The notes under the pieces are model-generated. The model saw only the letters and a list, made by a program, of their open reading frames with translations. It did not search any database and was not told the DNA's origin. Positions 55,817-64,000 of a stretch of 64,000 nt of DNA are shown one piece after another; positions within the stretch are counted from its first letter, which is position 1; each line of letters begins with the position of its first letter. Source of the DNA: Eubacteriales bacterium. GTDB lineage: Bacteria > Bacillota > Clostridia > Oscillospirales > CAG-382. A program made the translations under genes and the position numbers. The stretch lies in the NCBI GenBank assembly GCA_045604705.1, contig JAZUOO010000021.1, positions 3,410 through 67,409 on the forward strand, written 5' to 3'.

Positions 55817-58024
55817 ATGAGCGAAATAAAATATATAGGCTGTTTCCCGACGGAAGAAAAATTCGACTATGATAAACGCATAGAGCTTTTACGCAAGCGT
55901 AAGGTACAGCAAACCGAAGAAAAAGCAAGAAACGGCGGTGCAAACGAGGACGATTACGGACTTATTGTCCAGAACGAATTCTCATACAAATTAAAGCCCA
56001 ACCATGAAAACGGTTCAATCTACGGCTACAAGGCGTGGACGGAAAACTACTGTGCCATTCTTGACAGTCATCCACTCTATTGTGATGCACTTGACGCATT
56101 TGTTGGTAAAGGCTTCCTGTTTCTTGAAAGACTAAGACCCGTTACCTGCAAATGGAATCCGGCATATCCCTTTGATGATTTGAAAGTGCTTTTTGATAAG
56201 TATAATATAATTTCAGGCATAGATAACTGCCATCATTTTACACCGGATTTGCAGATAGGCTTAGACCTGGGCTGGGGCGGTATTCTTAAAAAGCTTCTTG
56301 AATACAGAGAAAAGCACGATGAAACGCACCATGAATTCTATGACAGCGAGATTGCGGTTGTTGAAGCGATAATAAGATTCCTTAAAAGGTGTTCTGCGGA
56401 AATATACGAGCTTGCGGAAAAGGAAAACAATCCTTATCTTAAAGAGAATCTTCTGCAAATGGCAAAGGTGAACGAAAACACCGCGGAAAATCCACCGAAA
56501 ACATTCCGTGAAGCGGTACAATGGATGTGCTGGTTCAGTATGCTCTCCCGTACCTATAACAGAGGAAGTGCAGGCGGTCAGCTTGACGAGATGCTTCGTC
56601 CCTACTACGAGAGGGACATAGAAAAAGGTATACTTACCGATGATGAAGCGGTATTCTACCTTGCTTGCCTGTTCCTACAGGATTCAAGATATTTCCAGCT
56701 TGCAGGCCCTGATGAGAACGGTAAGGACATGACATCGAAAATATCCTATCTCTGTCTTGAAGCGGCAGATAAGATAAACATTGCCTGCAACCTCACAATA
56801 AGAGTTCATGACGGAATTGATAAGGAATTCTTCAGAAAATCTGTTGAATACCTCTTTAAAAATAAGCAGGGTTGGCCGAGATATTCCTCCGATAGTGCCC
56901 TTGCACAAGGCTTTATGAAGTGCGGGTATCCCCTTGAGCTTGCAAGAAAAAGAGTTGCGGCAGGTTGTCATTGGATGTGCATTCCCGGTATGGAGTATAC
57001 CATGAACGATACCGTAAAGATAAATCTTGCAAAGGTATTTGAGGTTGCCTACTATGAAATGATGGAAAAGGACAGCGAACCGAGTGCACAGAAGCTCTTT
57101 GAAAGATATAAAGTACATCTCAAAGCCGCAGTTGATGCTACCGGTAACGGTATAATGCACCACCTGAAATATCAGACAAAATCGCAACCGGAGCTTATAC
57201 TCAATCTTTTCCAGCACGGACTTATCGAAAAAGGCGTAAATATCACAGACGGCGGCGCAAACTACTACAATATGTGCGTTGACGGCAGCGGTATCGCAGT
57301 TGTGGCAGACAGCTTTGCGGCACTTCAGCAGCGAATAGATACCGAAAAGAAGCTGACATACAGAGAGCTCACTGACCATATGCAAAGTAACTACGAGGAT
57401 AAGGATGGCGAATACATAAGACTTCTTATGCAAAACAGTGAGCGTTATTGTGGCGGAGACACCATCGGAGACAAATGGGCAAAGAAAATAAGTGATCTTT
57501 ACACATCACTTGTCCGTGATCTAAATAATCAGCACCCCGGTATAAACTTCATCCCCGGCTTCTTCTCCTGGTCAAACACAATAGGACTCGGTCAGACAGT
57601 TTCCGCAACACCCAACGGCAGAAAGAACTATGAAGCCATAAACCATGGTGCAAATCCAAACGGTGGCTTCCGACATGACGGTGCGGTATCCGCAATGTGT
57701 AACTCCATCGGAGCAATTCAACCCGGTTACGGCAACTGTGCACCTGTACAGCTTGAATTCGACCCCGGAATAGTAAACGATGCCGAGGGTATAGACAAAA
57801 TGGCGGCGATGATAAAGACCATTATGGACACGGGAAATACACTTCTCAATATCAACATAATTGATGCAAAGAAAATCATCGAAGCCCACAAAGATCCTTT
57901 CAAGTACCCCGATCTCGTTGTAAGAGTAACAGGTTTTACGGCATTTTTCGCAATGCTCTCACCGGAGTTCAGACAGCTTGTTGTTGACAGGGTAACGTCG
58001 GTAAACCCGGAACTGAGTAAATAA
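55817..58024 (+). CDS. Glycyl radical enzyme (PFL2/dehydratase-like clade) with an atypical thiyl loop
   Basis: C-terminal glycyl motif VVRVTG706FTAFF. The Cys loop AAGC384HW lies 322 residues upstream, where characterised dehydratases/lyases of this clade carry G-C-x-E. 735 aa. Confidence 0.88.
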   Translation: MSEIKYIGCFPTEEKFDYDKRIELLRKRKVQQTEEKARNGGANEDDYGLIVQNEFSYKLKPNHENGSIYGYKAWTENYCAILDSHPLYCDALDAFVGKGFLFLERLRPVTCKWNPAYPFDDLKVLFDKYNIISGIDNCHHFTPDLQIGLDLGWGGILKKLLEYREKHDETHHEFYDSEIAVVEAIIRFLKRCSAEIYELAEKENNPYLKENLLQMAKVNENTAENPPKTFREAVQWMCWFSMLSRTYNRGSAGGQLDEMLRPYYERDIEKGILTDDEAVFYLACLFLQDSRYFQLAGPDENGKDMTSKISYLCLEAADKINIACNLTIRVHDGIDKEFFRKSVEYLFKNKQGWPRYSSDSALAQGFMKCGYPLELARKRVAAGCHWMCIPGMEYTMNDTVKINLAKVFEVAYYEMMEKDSEPSAQKLFERYKVHLKAAVDATGNGIMHHLKYQTKSQPELILNLFQHGLIEKGVNITDGGANYYNMCVDGSGIAVVADSFAALQQRIDTEKKLTYRELTDHMQSNYEDKDGEYIRLLMQNSERYCGGDTIGDKWAKKISDLYTSLVRDLNNQHPGINFIPGFFSWSNTIGLGQTVSATPNGRKNYEAINHGANPNGGFRHDGAVSAMCNSIGAIQPGYGNCAPVQLEFDPGIVNDAEGIDKMAAMIKTIMDTGNTLLNINIIDAKKIIEAHKDPFKYPDLVVRVTGFTAFFAMLSPEFRQLVVDRVTSVNPELSK

Positions 58025-58146
58025 ATTGAGGATATTCTTGCGAAAGCCCATCACCGGATGCCGTAAGAAAAAAGAAATCATTATCATTAACAACACAAAA
58101 CTTCAAACCAAATGAAAGAATAAAATTCAAACAAAGGAGACCACCC

Positions 58147-58923
58147 ATGAACGTAGTAATGGAAAAAGTAGACACATCCGTAAAAGGAAACCGTTCTGTA
58201 GAGCTTTGTAAGGGCGAGATTCCCGGTGCACATCCCGTACATCACACAATAGAAACGGGAAGTACCCTTACCTTTGAAGCAAACTGCGGATATTATCACA
58301 TCATAATCCTCATTGAGGGCAGTGCAAAATTTGAAACCGACGGTAAAGAATACAACTTCGACGGCAGAACAACCTTTGTACCTGCCCCCGATAAAGAGCT
58401 TTCGGTTTTCGCAAAAACAGGTGTACAGATTCTTGAAATTCAGTGGGACGAAGCTCCCGGTGATGAAGAAGACCTCAAGGAATACAAAACGGAATTTCCC
58501 GTGGTTGTTCCTTATCAGGAGTCTATTCAGTACATCGACCCCAATAAGAGCGAAAAGACTATCAGCCGCATGATGATCCCTCACGAAGTTCTTCCCAGAT
58601 TTACAATCGGCTCTGTTGAATCCTACGGCTACGACCTGGTTCGTCCGCATGCACATCCCATGCTTGACCAGTTCTTCTTCAGCTTCCCGGAAAATGATAT
58701 GGAAGTAATTATTGACGATGAAAAGATTAACATGAAAGGAAACATCATAATGCATATTCCGCTTGGCTCCAACCACGGTGTTGAAGTAACAGGCGACAGA
58801 CATATGCACTATATGTGGATAGACTTCATGCCGGACAAGGAAGCGGGACTCAAACGCCTCAACTTCAGCCACAGACCTACGGGAACAGTCCGTGACTTTG
58901 CCAATGAAGACAAAACAAGATGA
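58147..58923 (+). CDS. Bicupin/cupin-domain protein
   Basis: RPHAHPMLDQFFF..IIMHIPLGSNHGVEV has a cupin metal-site pattern. There is an N-terminal second beta-barrel-like half. Confidence 0.6.
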   Translation: MNVVMEKVDTSVKGNRSVELCKGEIPGAHPVHHTIETGSTLTFEANCGYYHIIILIEGSAKFETDGKEYNFDGRTTFVPAPDKELSVFAKTGVQILEIQWDEAPGDEEDLKEYKTEFPVVVPYQESIQYIDPNKSEKTISRMMIPHEVLPRFTIGSVESYGYDLVRPHAHPMLDQFFFSFPENDMEVIIDDEKINMKGNIIMHIPLGSNHGVEVTGDRHMHYMWIDFMPDKEAGLKRLNFSHRPTGTVRDFANEDKTR

Positions 58924-59969
58924 ATATAAACCTTAAAAAACCTATAAAACTTCAAAGAGCAGGAGCATGGAGAACATATCTCGGCGGAAAGCTGATAGAA
59001 GAGCTTCACGGAAATGGTAATGCCTGTGACACCAACTTCCCCGAGGAGTGGATAATGTCAACCGTTACTGCCCGAAACAGCGGCAGAGAACACATAGTCG
59101 AGGGACTATCTATGATAGAGGGTACGGATATTTCCCTGAAACAGTTGATAGATGAGAATCCCGAACAATGCCTTGGAAAAGCCCATTTTGAAAAATACGG
59201 AGCGACTCCCGGTGTGCTCGTAAAGCTGCTTGATTCCGCTGAAAGACTTACAATTCAGGTACATCCTACCCGTGAAAATGCCAAGCTGCTATTCAACTCC
59301 GATTTTGGCAAAACCGAATGCTGGCACATTGTTGCGGGACGCGAAATAAACGGTGAAAAGCCCTGCATTTACTTCGGTTTTAAAGAGGGTATAACCCGCA
59401 AGAGGTGGAAAGAAATATTTGACACGCAGAATATCCCTGAAATGCTTGATTGTCTGCACAAATTTGAAGTAAATCCCGGTGATACATTTCTTATTGAGGG
59501 CGGTATTCCGCATGCAATAGGCTCCGGATGTTTTCTCGTTGAGATACAAGAGCCTACCGATTACACAATAAGAACGGAAAAGACTACGCCATCGGGAAGA
59601 GAAGTTTCCGACTTCATGTGTCATCAGGGGCTTGGTTTTGAGAAAATGTTAGACTGCTTTGACTACACGGGCTATTCCAAGGAAGAAACTGCGAAAAGAT
59701 GGCGTATAAAGCCAAAGGGTGAAGCGCTGATAGACTACGAAAATACAAAAATGTTCCGTCTTTTTGAGCTTAACATAAACGGCACAAAGACTATATCCTC
59801 AAAGGGTACTTTCAGTGGACTATATGTGCTTGACGGTGAAGGAGAGATAGACGGAACAAAAGTCAAAAAAGGCGCCCAATATTTTATCACGTCAGTGTGT
59901 GAACCATTTAATATAAACGGTAATATGCGAATTATCAGATACTTTGGGCCACAAGTCTTACCTAAGTAG
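58920..59969 (+). CDS. Type I phosphomannose-isomerase-like protein
   Basis: LTIQVHP, KTECWHIV and GIPHAIGSGCFLVEIQEPTD match class I PMI zinc-site blocks. Confidence 0.7.
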   Translation: MNINLKKPIKLQRAGAWRTYLGGKLIEELHGNGNACDTNFPEEWIMSTVTARNSGREHIVEGLSMIEGTDISLKQLIDENPEQCLGKAHFEKYGATPGVLVKLLDSAERLTIQVHPTRENAKLLFNSDFGKTECWHIVAGREINGEKPCIYFGFKEGITRKRWKEIFDTQNIPEMLDCLHKFEVNPGDTFLIEGGIPHAIGSGCFLVEIQEPTDYTIRTEKTTPSGREVSDFMCHQGLGFEKMLDCFDYTGYSKEETAKRWRIKPKGEALIDYENTKMFRLFELNINGTKTISSKGTFSGLYVLDGEGEIDGTKVKKGAQYFITSVCEPFNINGNMRIIRYFGPQVLPK

Positions 59970-59992
59970 AACTTATTTAAAAGGAGAAACCA

Positions 59993-60790
59993 ATGAAGTA
60001 CGGATTTTGCAAAGAATTTTCCACCCCACTAAAAACCGAGGTGGACTATGACCTTATAAAAATGATAAAAGACGCAGGCTTTGACTACGTTGAAATGCGT
60101 GCAATGCTTGTATCATCCCTTTCCGATGAGGAATTCGACAAGCTCTGCAAAACACTTTGTGACCTTGATCTTGCCTGCGACTGCTGCTGTGCACTCTTCC
60201 CGAAAACAATAAGAGTCACCGGCAAGGACAGAAACCTCGACGAAATAAAGGCATATCTTGAAAAAACATTCCAAAGATGCACAAAGCTCGGAGCAAAAAA
60301 GGTAGTATTCGGAAGTGCACCCGCAAGAGCTTTGGACGAAAGCACATCAATTGAAGAGGGCTATTCCCATATCGACGAGGTAATAAAGGAAGCAATTATT
60401 CCCATGTGCGAAAAATACGACATCACTGTAGTAATGGAGCCTCTGCGTGCGGATGCCTGCAACTTCATCAATACCCTTTCCGACGGTTACAGAGTTGTAA
60501 AGGAAGCAAATCATCCCCAAATTGCACTTCTTGCGGATACAATCCACATGATGTCAAACAACGACAATGCCGATGACATCATAAAATACAAAGACGCCCT
60601 CCGTCACATCCACATAGCCGAGCTTCAAAGAGTAATGCCGGAGGATAATTACAGCGACTACATAAACACCGTTATGGACAATCTTCGTGCAATAAAATAT
60701 GATGGTACAATATCCTTTGAATCCAAAAACGGTAACGGCCTTGAGAGCATGAAAAAGGCCCTTGCACTATTAAAAAAACAATTTATATAA
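59993..60790 (+). CDS. Sugar-phosphate isomerase/epimerase (xylose-isomerase-like TIM barrel)
   Basis: The size, the ..VVFGSAP.. and ..VVMEPL.. strands, and DTIHM..HIHIAE metal-ligand-type motifs are typical of the AP_endonuc_2 family. Confidence 0.7.
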   Translation: MKYGFCKEFSTPLKTEVDYDLIKMIKDAGFDYVEMRAMLVSSLSDEEFDKLCKTLCDLDLACDCCCALFPKTIRVTGKDRNLDEIKAYLEKTFQRCTKLGAKKVVFGSAPARALDESTSIEEGYSHIDEVIKEAIIPMCEKYDITVVMEPLRADACNFINTLSDGYRVVKEANHPQIALLADTIHMMSNNDNADDIIKYKDALRHIHIAELQRVMPEDNYSDYINTVMDNLRAIKYDGTISFESKNGNGLESMKKALALLKKQFI

Positions 60791-60808
60791 TACAAGGAGA
60801 ACAGAAAA

Positions 60809-61819
60809 ATGGCAATAAAAACAGCAGTAATCGGCTGCGGCAGAACAGCCAACGATCTTCACGCACCCGTACTTGAAAAGCACCCCGAATTTGAAGTAAC
60901 AGCAATATGCGACGTAAACACGGAAGCTCTCGATAAGTTCTCTCAGAGATTCCCGAACGCAAAGAAGTACACCGACTACCACACAATGCTGAACAGTCCC
61001 GATTTCGACTTTGCAATAATTCTTACTTTCAGCTATACACATACGGCAATTGCACTTGACTTTATAAGAGCCGGCAAAAATGTTCTTATCACAAAGCCCT
61101 GGGCAATCACAACAGATGAGGCTGATTCCATAATAAGCGAAGCGACAAAGAATAATGTTATCGTCATGCCCTTTATCCCCTGCCACGACGGTGCAGACGT
61201 TGTAAAGCTCAAGGAAGTAATCGCAAGCGGTGCTATCGGCAAGGTGTTCAGAGTATACAGAGCACAGATGACCTTCGGCAAAAGAAGCGACTGGCAGACA
61301 CTCAAGGCTTATGCGGGTGGTTATCTTAACAACTGGGGACCTCATATCGTTGAACAGGCAATGTGTCTTGTAGGCGAAAAGTTCAAGACCGTTTACGCTC
61401 ATAAGAGACAGATAATCAACCCCGGAGATGCAGACGATATGTTCTGCTCGATGATGACGAGCGAAAGCGGAGTTATAGTTCAGGTAGACCACAACATCAT
61501 CTCCGATTATCTCCCCAATTGGGTGGTACAGGGCGATAAGGGTACAATTTACGTCAAGGGCAATCAAATGGAAATTCACGAAATTTCCTATCCCCAAGCC
61601 GATGATCCTACAGTATACAGAAGCACAACCGAAACAAAAAAGACCAACATCACTCTCGAGGGTAAAATTTTCGGTGACCACTATTCCATCTACACGATGA
61701 TAGCTGAAACTCTCAAAGGTAAGCCCTATATTGTAACACTCGACTATGCACGACATCTGACAGAGATTATGCAGGCAATTCACACCTCTGCAGATGAGGG
61801 TAGACTTGTAGAACTTTAA
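60809..61819 (+). CDS. Gfo/Idh/MocA-family oxidoreductase
   Basis: MAIKTAVIGCGRTANDLHAPVL Rossmann N-terminus. C-terminal alpha/beta dimerisation domain. Confidence 0.85.
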   Translation: MAIKTAVIGCGRTANDLHAPVLEKHPEFEVTAICDVNTEALDKFSQRFPNAKKYTDYHTMLNSPDFDFAIILTFSYTHTAIALDFIRAGKNVLITKPWAITTDEADSIISEATKNNVIVMPFIPCHDGADVVKLKEVIASGAIGKVFRVYRAQMTFGKRSDWQTLKAYAGGYLNNWGPHIVEQAMCLVGEKFKTVYAHKRQIINPGDADDMFCSMMTSESGVIVQVDHNIISDYLPNWVVQGDKGTIYVKGNQMEIHEISYPQADDPTVYRSTTETKKTNITLEGKIFGDHYSIYTMIAETLKGKPYIVTLDYARHLTEIMQAIHTSADEGRLVEL

Positions 61820-62025
61820 TAAGAATACATAAACACATAACCGGTATCAAAAGATAAAACGTAAGCATATAAGTTCAATTCAACCTTCTCACTTACCGTA
61901 GAGATTATGTTTGTATATCCTCCACAGTAAAAACAAATAATAAAACAAAAGGCAGGTCTCTGAACAAAGACTTGCCTTAAAATTTTATCTGTATAACTTT
62001 TGATATAAAATTCTCACATCAAAGC

Positions 62026-62712
62026 TTATTCATCTGTACCCGCGCCGTCAAATCCGTCGCTTTCACCGTTTTCGCTCTTTGAGAACCAGAATGAGTAAAT
62101 CCTGCCTTTGCCGACATAAAATTCAAGCTTGATAACCTTACCCTCAAGAGAAGCCAAGTCGAAGTCACCGAAATCAAGCTCGGCCTTTGTGCTGTCACCG
62201 CACCAGGGCTTGCTCTTGCAAAGCACCTTTCCGTTCTCATTCTTGATTTCAACGGTGATACAGCCGTTATTTTCGGTTTGTGCATTAATAAAGAAATAAG
62301 ATCTCTTGCCCTTGAATGTGAGTTTTCTTGTCCTTATAAATCCGTCATTTTCAACTCCCAATGAAGCAAAACCGTCACGGCTTGTGGCATAAGCCATCTT
62401 GTGAAGCCAGCCCGCTTCATACCACATCTTATATATTTTTTCGTCTCTGTCAAACCACATGCCGCCGTCCTTGGGGACCGCACACGGAAGTTTTTCGTAT
62501 TTTTCCATCGGAGTTTCCGGGAACATTACGGGATTTCCTTCATATTTTTTAGGCTGATGGAAGACCTTGTAAAGATTATGAGACTCAACAAGAAAATCAT
62601 CCACAAAAAGCTGTCTGCCTACGGAAATATCAATAACCTTTGGGGGATTTTTAAGATAAGGAACAGGCATTCCCTGCTTAAGATCATCCATCGTATATTT
62701 GGGATGCCACAC
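62026..62712 (-). CDS. Hypothetical glycoside-hydrolase-like protein, possibly internally deleted
   Basis: The N-terminus GRQLFVDDFLVE..YEGNPV..YKMWYEAG..MAYATSRDG looks like the first blade of a beta-propeller GH. It then runs straight into a beta-sandwich-like tail (GCITVEIKNENGK..KLEFYVGKGRIYSFWF). Confidence 0.45.
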   Translation of the reverse strand: MWHPKYTMDDLKQGMPVPYLKNPPKVIDISVGRQLFVDDFLVESHNLYKVFHQPKKYEGNPVMFPETPMEKYEKLPCAVPKDGGMWFDRDEKIYKMWYEAGWLHKMAYATSRDGFASLGVENDGFIRTRKLTFKGKRSYFFINAQTENNGCITVEIKNENGKVLCKSKPWCGDSTKAELDFGDFDLASLEGKVIKLEFYVGKGRIYSFWFSKSENGESDGFDGAGTDE

Positions 62713-62877
62713 CTCGGTAAGCTCTATATTGTGTAAAGAATTTCGGACATAACAAATACCCCTTTTCGCATATTAATATTGTAAAGCAAATTACCTTTTG
62801 TTAAGTTGCTTTGTGTGTTTTTGGTACAAAAAAACTCCACGGAACTTCAGTCCGCGGAGTAAGTGATTATGTAAACA

Positions 62878-63765
62878 TTACTGGTTATTCTGGTTGCTCT
62901 GGTTGTTTACGGGGGTGGGATTGTAGTTCTGCTGAGGAGCACCGTAACCCTGCTGAGGCTGACCGTTGAAACCGTTAAAAACGTTGTTATAAGGATTGTA
63001 CCTGGGAGTCTTGGGAACGGGCTTGAGTCTGTAGAATTCAGCTGCATAAAGCCCCTTGAAGAGAGAACCGAAGAATACAAGCACAAGAATCCATGCAAAG
63101 AGAACTATTCCGAAAATAAAACCGATAAAGGGAATAGCACTCAAAAGTCCGAGAATAAGTGAAACAAAGAAAACGATTACACCATAAAGGAAATCAGCAA
63201 GCCACATCTGGAGCTTTTTGCCGTGAGTCATTTCCATGGAAAGTCTGAGTGCCTGTGTAGCTGTTACATCGGGCTTTGTAGCAAGGATGTAGGGCACAAA
63301 AGCGTAGGAATATTTCTTGGAAACAAAATAAATACTTACAGGGATTACAGCTATGAAGCCCAAAACAAATCCTATAATAGTGAAAATAAATCCTATGAAG
63401 GGGAAGGATGCACCGATAATAGAGAAAAGAAGAATAATTGCCAAAGGAATACATACTGTAGTAATAGCCCAGATGATAGTCCAAAGCTGTCTCCATGCCA
63501 TACCACCGGCAACTCTGAACACTCTCTTTGTGAAGCCGGAGAATAACTGATCCGAATTAACCTCCTTGCCTTCAAGTCCATCCAAATAAACCTTTGCCAT
63601 GCCAACGGTAATTACGTATCCGAAAGCGGTTCCGATAAATCCGAGCATGCCGACCGTTACTGTTGCAATGATGCAGATGATACCGGAGAGGAGAGAAAGT
63701 CCCCAAAGCATGAACGGTTTTCTTAAAATTGTGTTAATCGCTGCTTTGTAAGCCTGACTAAACAT
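62878..63765 (-). CDS. Multi-pass membrane protein with a Q/N/P-rich C-terminal tail (function unknown)
   Basis: At least 5 hydrophobic helices. Tail: PRYNPYNNVFNGFNGQPQQGYGAPQQNYNPTPVNNQSNQNNQ. Confidence 0.6.
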   Translation of the reverse strand: MFSQAYKAAINTILRKPFMLWGLSLLSGIICIIATVTVGMLGFIGTAFGYVITVGMAKVYLDGLEGKEVNSDQLFSGFTKRVFRVAGGMAWRQLWTIIWAITTVCIPLAIILLFSIIGASFPFIGFIFTIIGFVLGFIAVIPVSIYFVSKKYSYAFVPYILATKPDVTATQALRLSMEMTHGKKLQMWLADFLYGVIVFFVSLILGLLSAIPFIGFIFGIVLFAWILVLVFFGSLFKGLYAAEFYRLKPVPKTPRYNPYNNVFNGFNGQPQQGYGAPQQNYNPTPVNNQSNQNNQ

Positions 63766-64000
63766 GAAAGATACCTCTTTTCATAAAATTTCAGTGTGTA
63801 CACTGTTACTATATTATACACCAGTTACCGTAAAATGTCAATAGAATTTTTAAAAAACTGACAAAATTTTAAGATAACGTGTCGAAAAAAGCAAAAAAAC
63901 CGTAAGTCCAAAAAACATTTGACAAAACGAACAAGATGTGATATAATTATAATAGTATATTGTGCCCGAAGAACAATATATGACAAATTGTATATATAAC

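Noticed and set aside
60770-61783. 337-aa minus-strand ORF covering the whole Gfo/Idh/MocA gene. Similar long antisense ORFs occur at 58087-58872, 56684-57433, 19542-20282, 16570-17148, 15994-16551, 7220-7849 and 6765-7382.
   Set aside because: These are shadow ORFs opposite well-supported genes. Their translations are Cys/Phe/Leu/Arg-rich with no motifs, no SD and no plausible start context.

Overview
The window looks like chromosome from a Gram-positive anaerobe, probably Clostridia or Ruminococcus-like. This is an inference from GGAGG ribosome-binding sites, TTGACA/TATAAT promoters, an SLH-anchored giant adhesin, a dockerin-like motif, a glycyl-radical enzyme and a reverse rubrerythrin. 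I found no rRNA, tRNA or CRISPR array by eye.

Layout:
- 1-24 kb: housekeeping and sugar-related genes. These include a DtxR-family regulator, two Gfo/Idh/MocA oxidoreductases around an AraC regulator, a LOG protein, an SPFH/zinc-ribbon/TPM (ydjI-G-H-like) membrane module, a secreted transglutaminase-like protein, murD, three M42 peptidases, a YnbB-like PLP enzyme, a decayed ORF-poor stretch, greA and lysS.
- 24.2-30.5 kb: one 2077-aa VWA / Flg_new-repeat / SLH surface protein.
- About 31.0-50.7 kb: an integrative island of about 19.6 kb inserted in the 3' end of a reverse-rubrerythrin gene. A displaced gene tail sits at the far end.
- 50.6-53.5 kb: a redox cluster (reverse rubrerythrin, Rrf2, PepSY, Crp/Fnr, thioredoxin).
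- 53.8-61.8 kb: an AraC-controlled cluster with a glycyl-radical enzyme (GRE), its activase and sugar-isomerase/oxidoreductase genes.
- 62-64 kb: two poorly characterised genes.

The island carries an integrase, an orphan gp49/HigB-like toxin, a Rep-like HTH protein and a second tyrosine recombinase next to what looks like an invertible promoter. It also carries a cargo operon of one PlsC-type acyltransferase plus three tandem ANL adenylating enzymes, and a sigma-like/Xis-like pair.

The best candidate for a new system is also on the island. It is a two-gene operon: an AAA+ ATPase with a nuclease-like tail, followed by a 917-aa RloC/PrrC-like zinc-hook ABC ATPase fused to a complete LexA-type S24 self-cleaving peptidase.

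All calls come from reading the sequence and ORF translations and from remembered family motifs. No database search was run.
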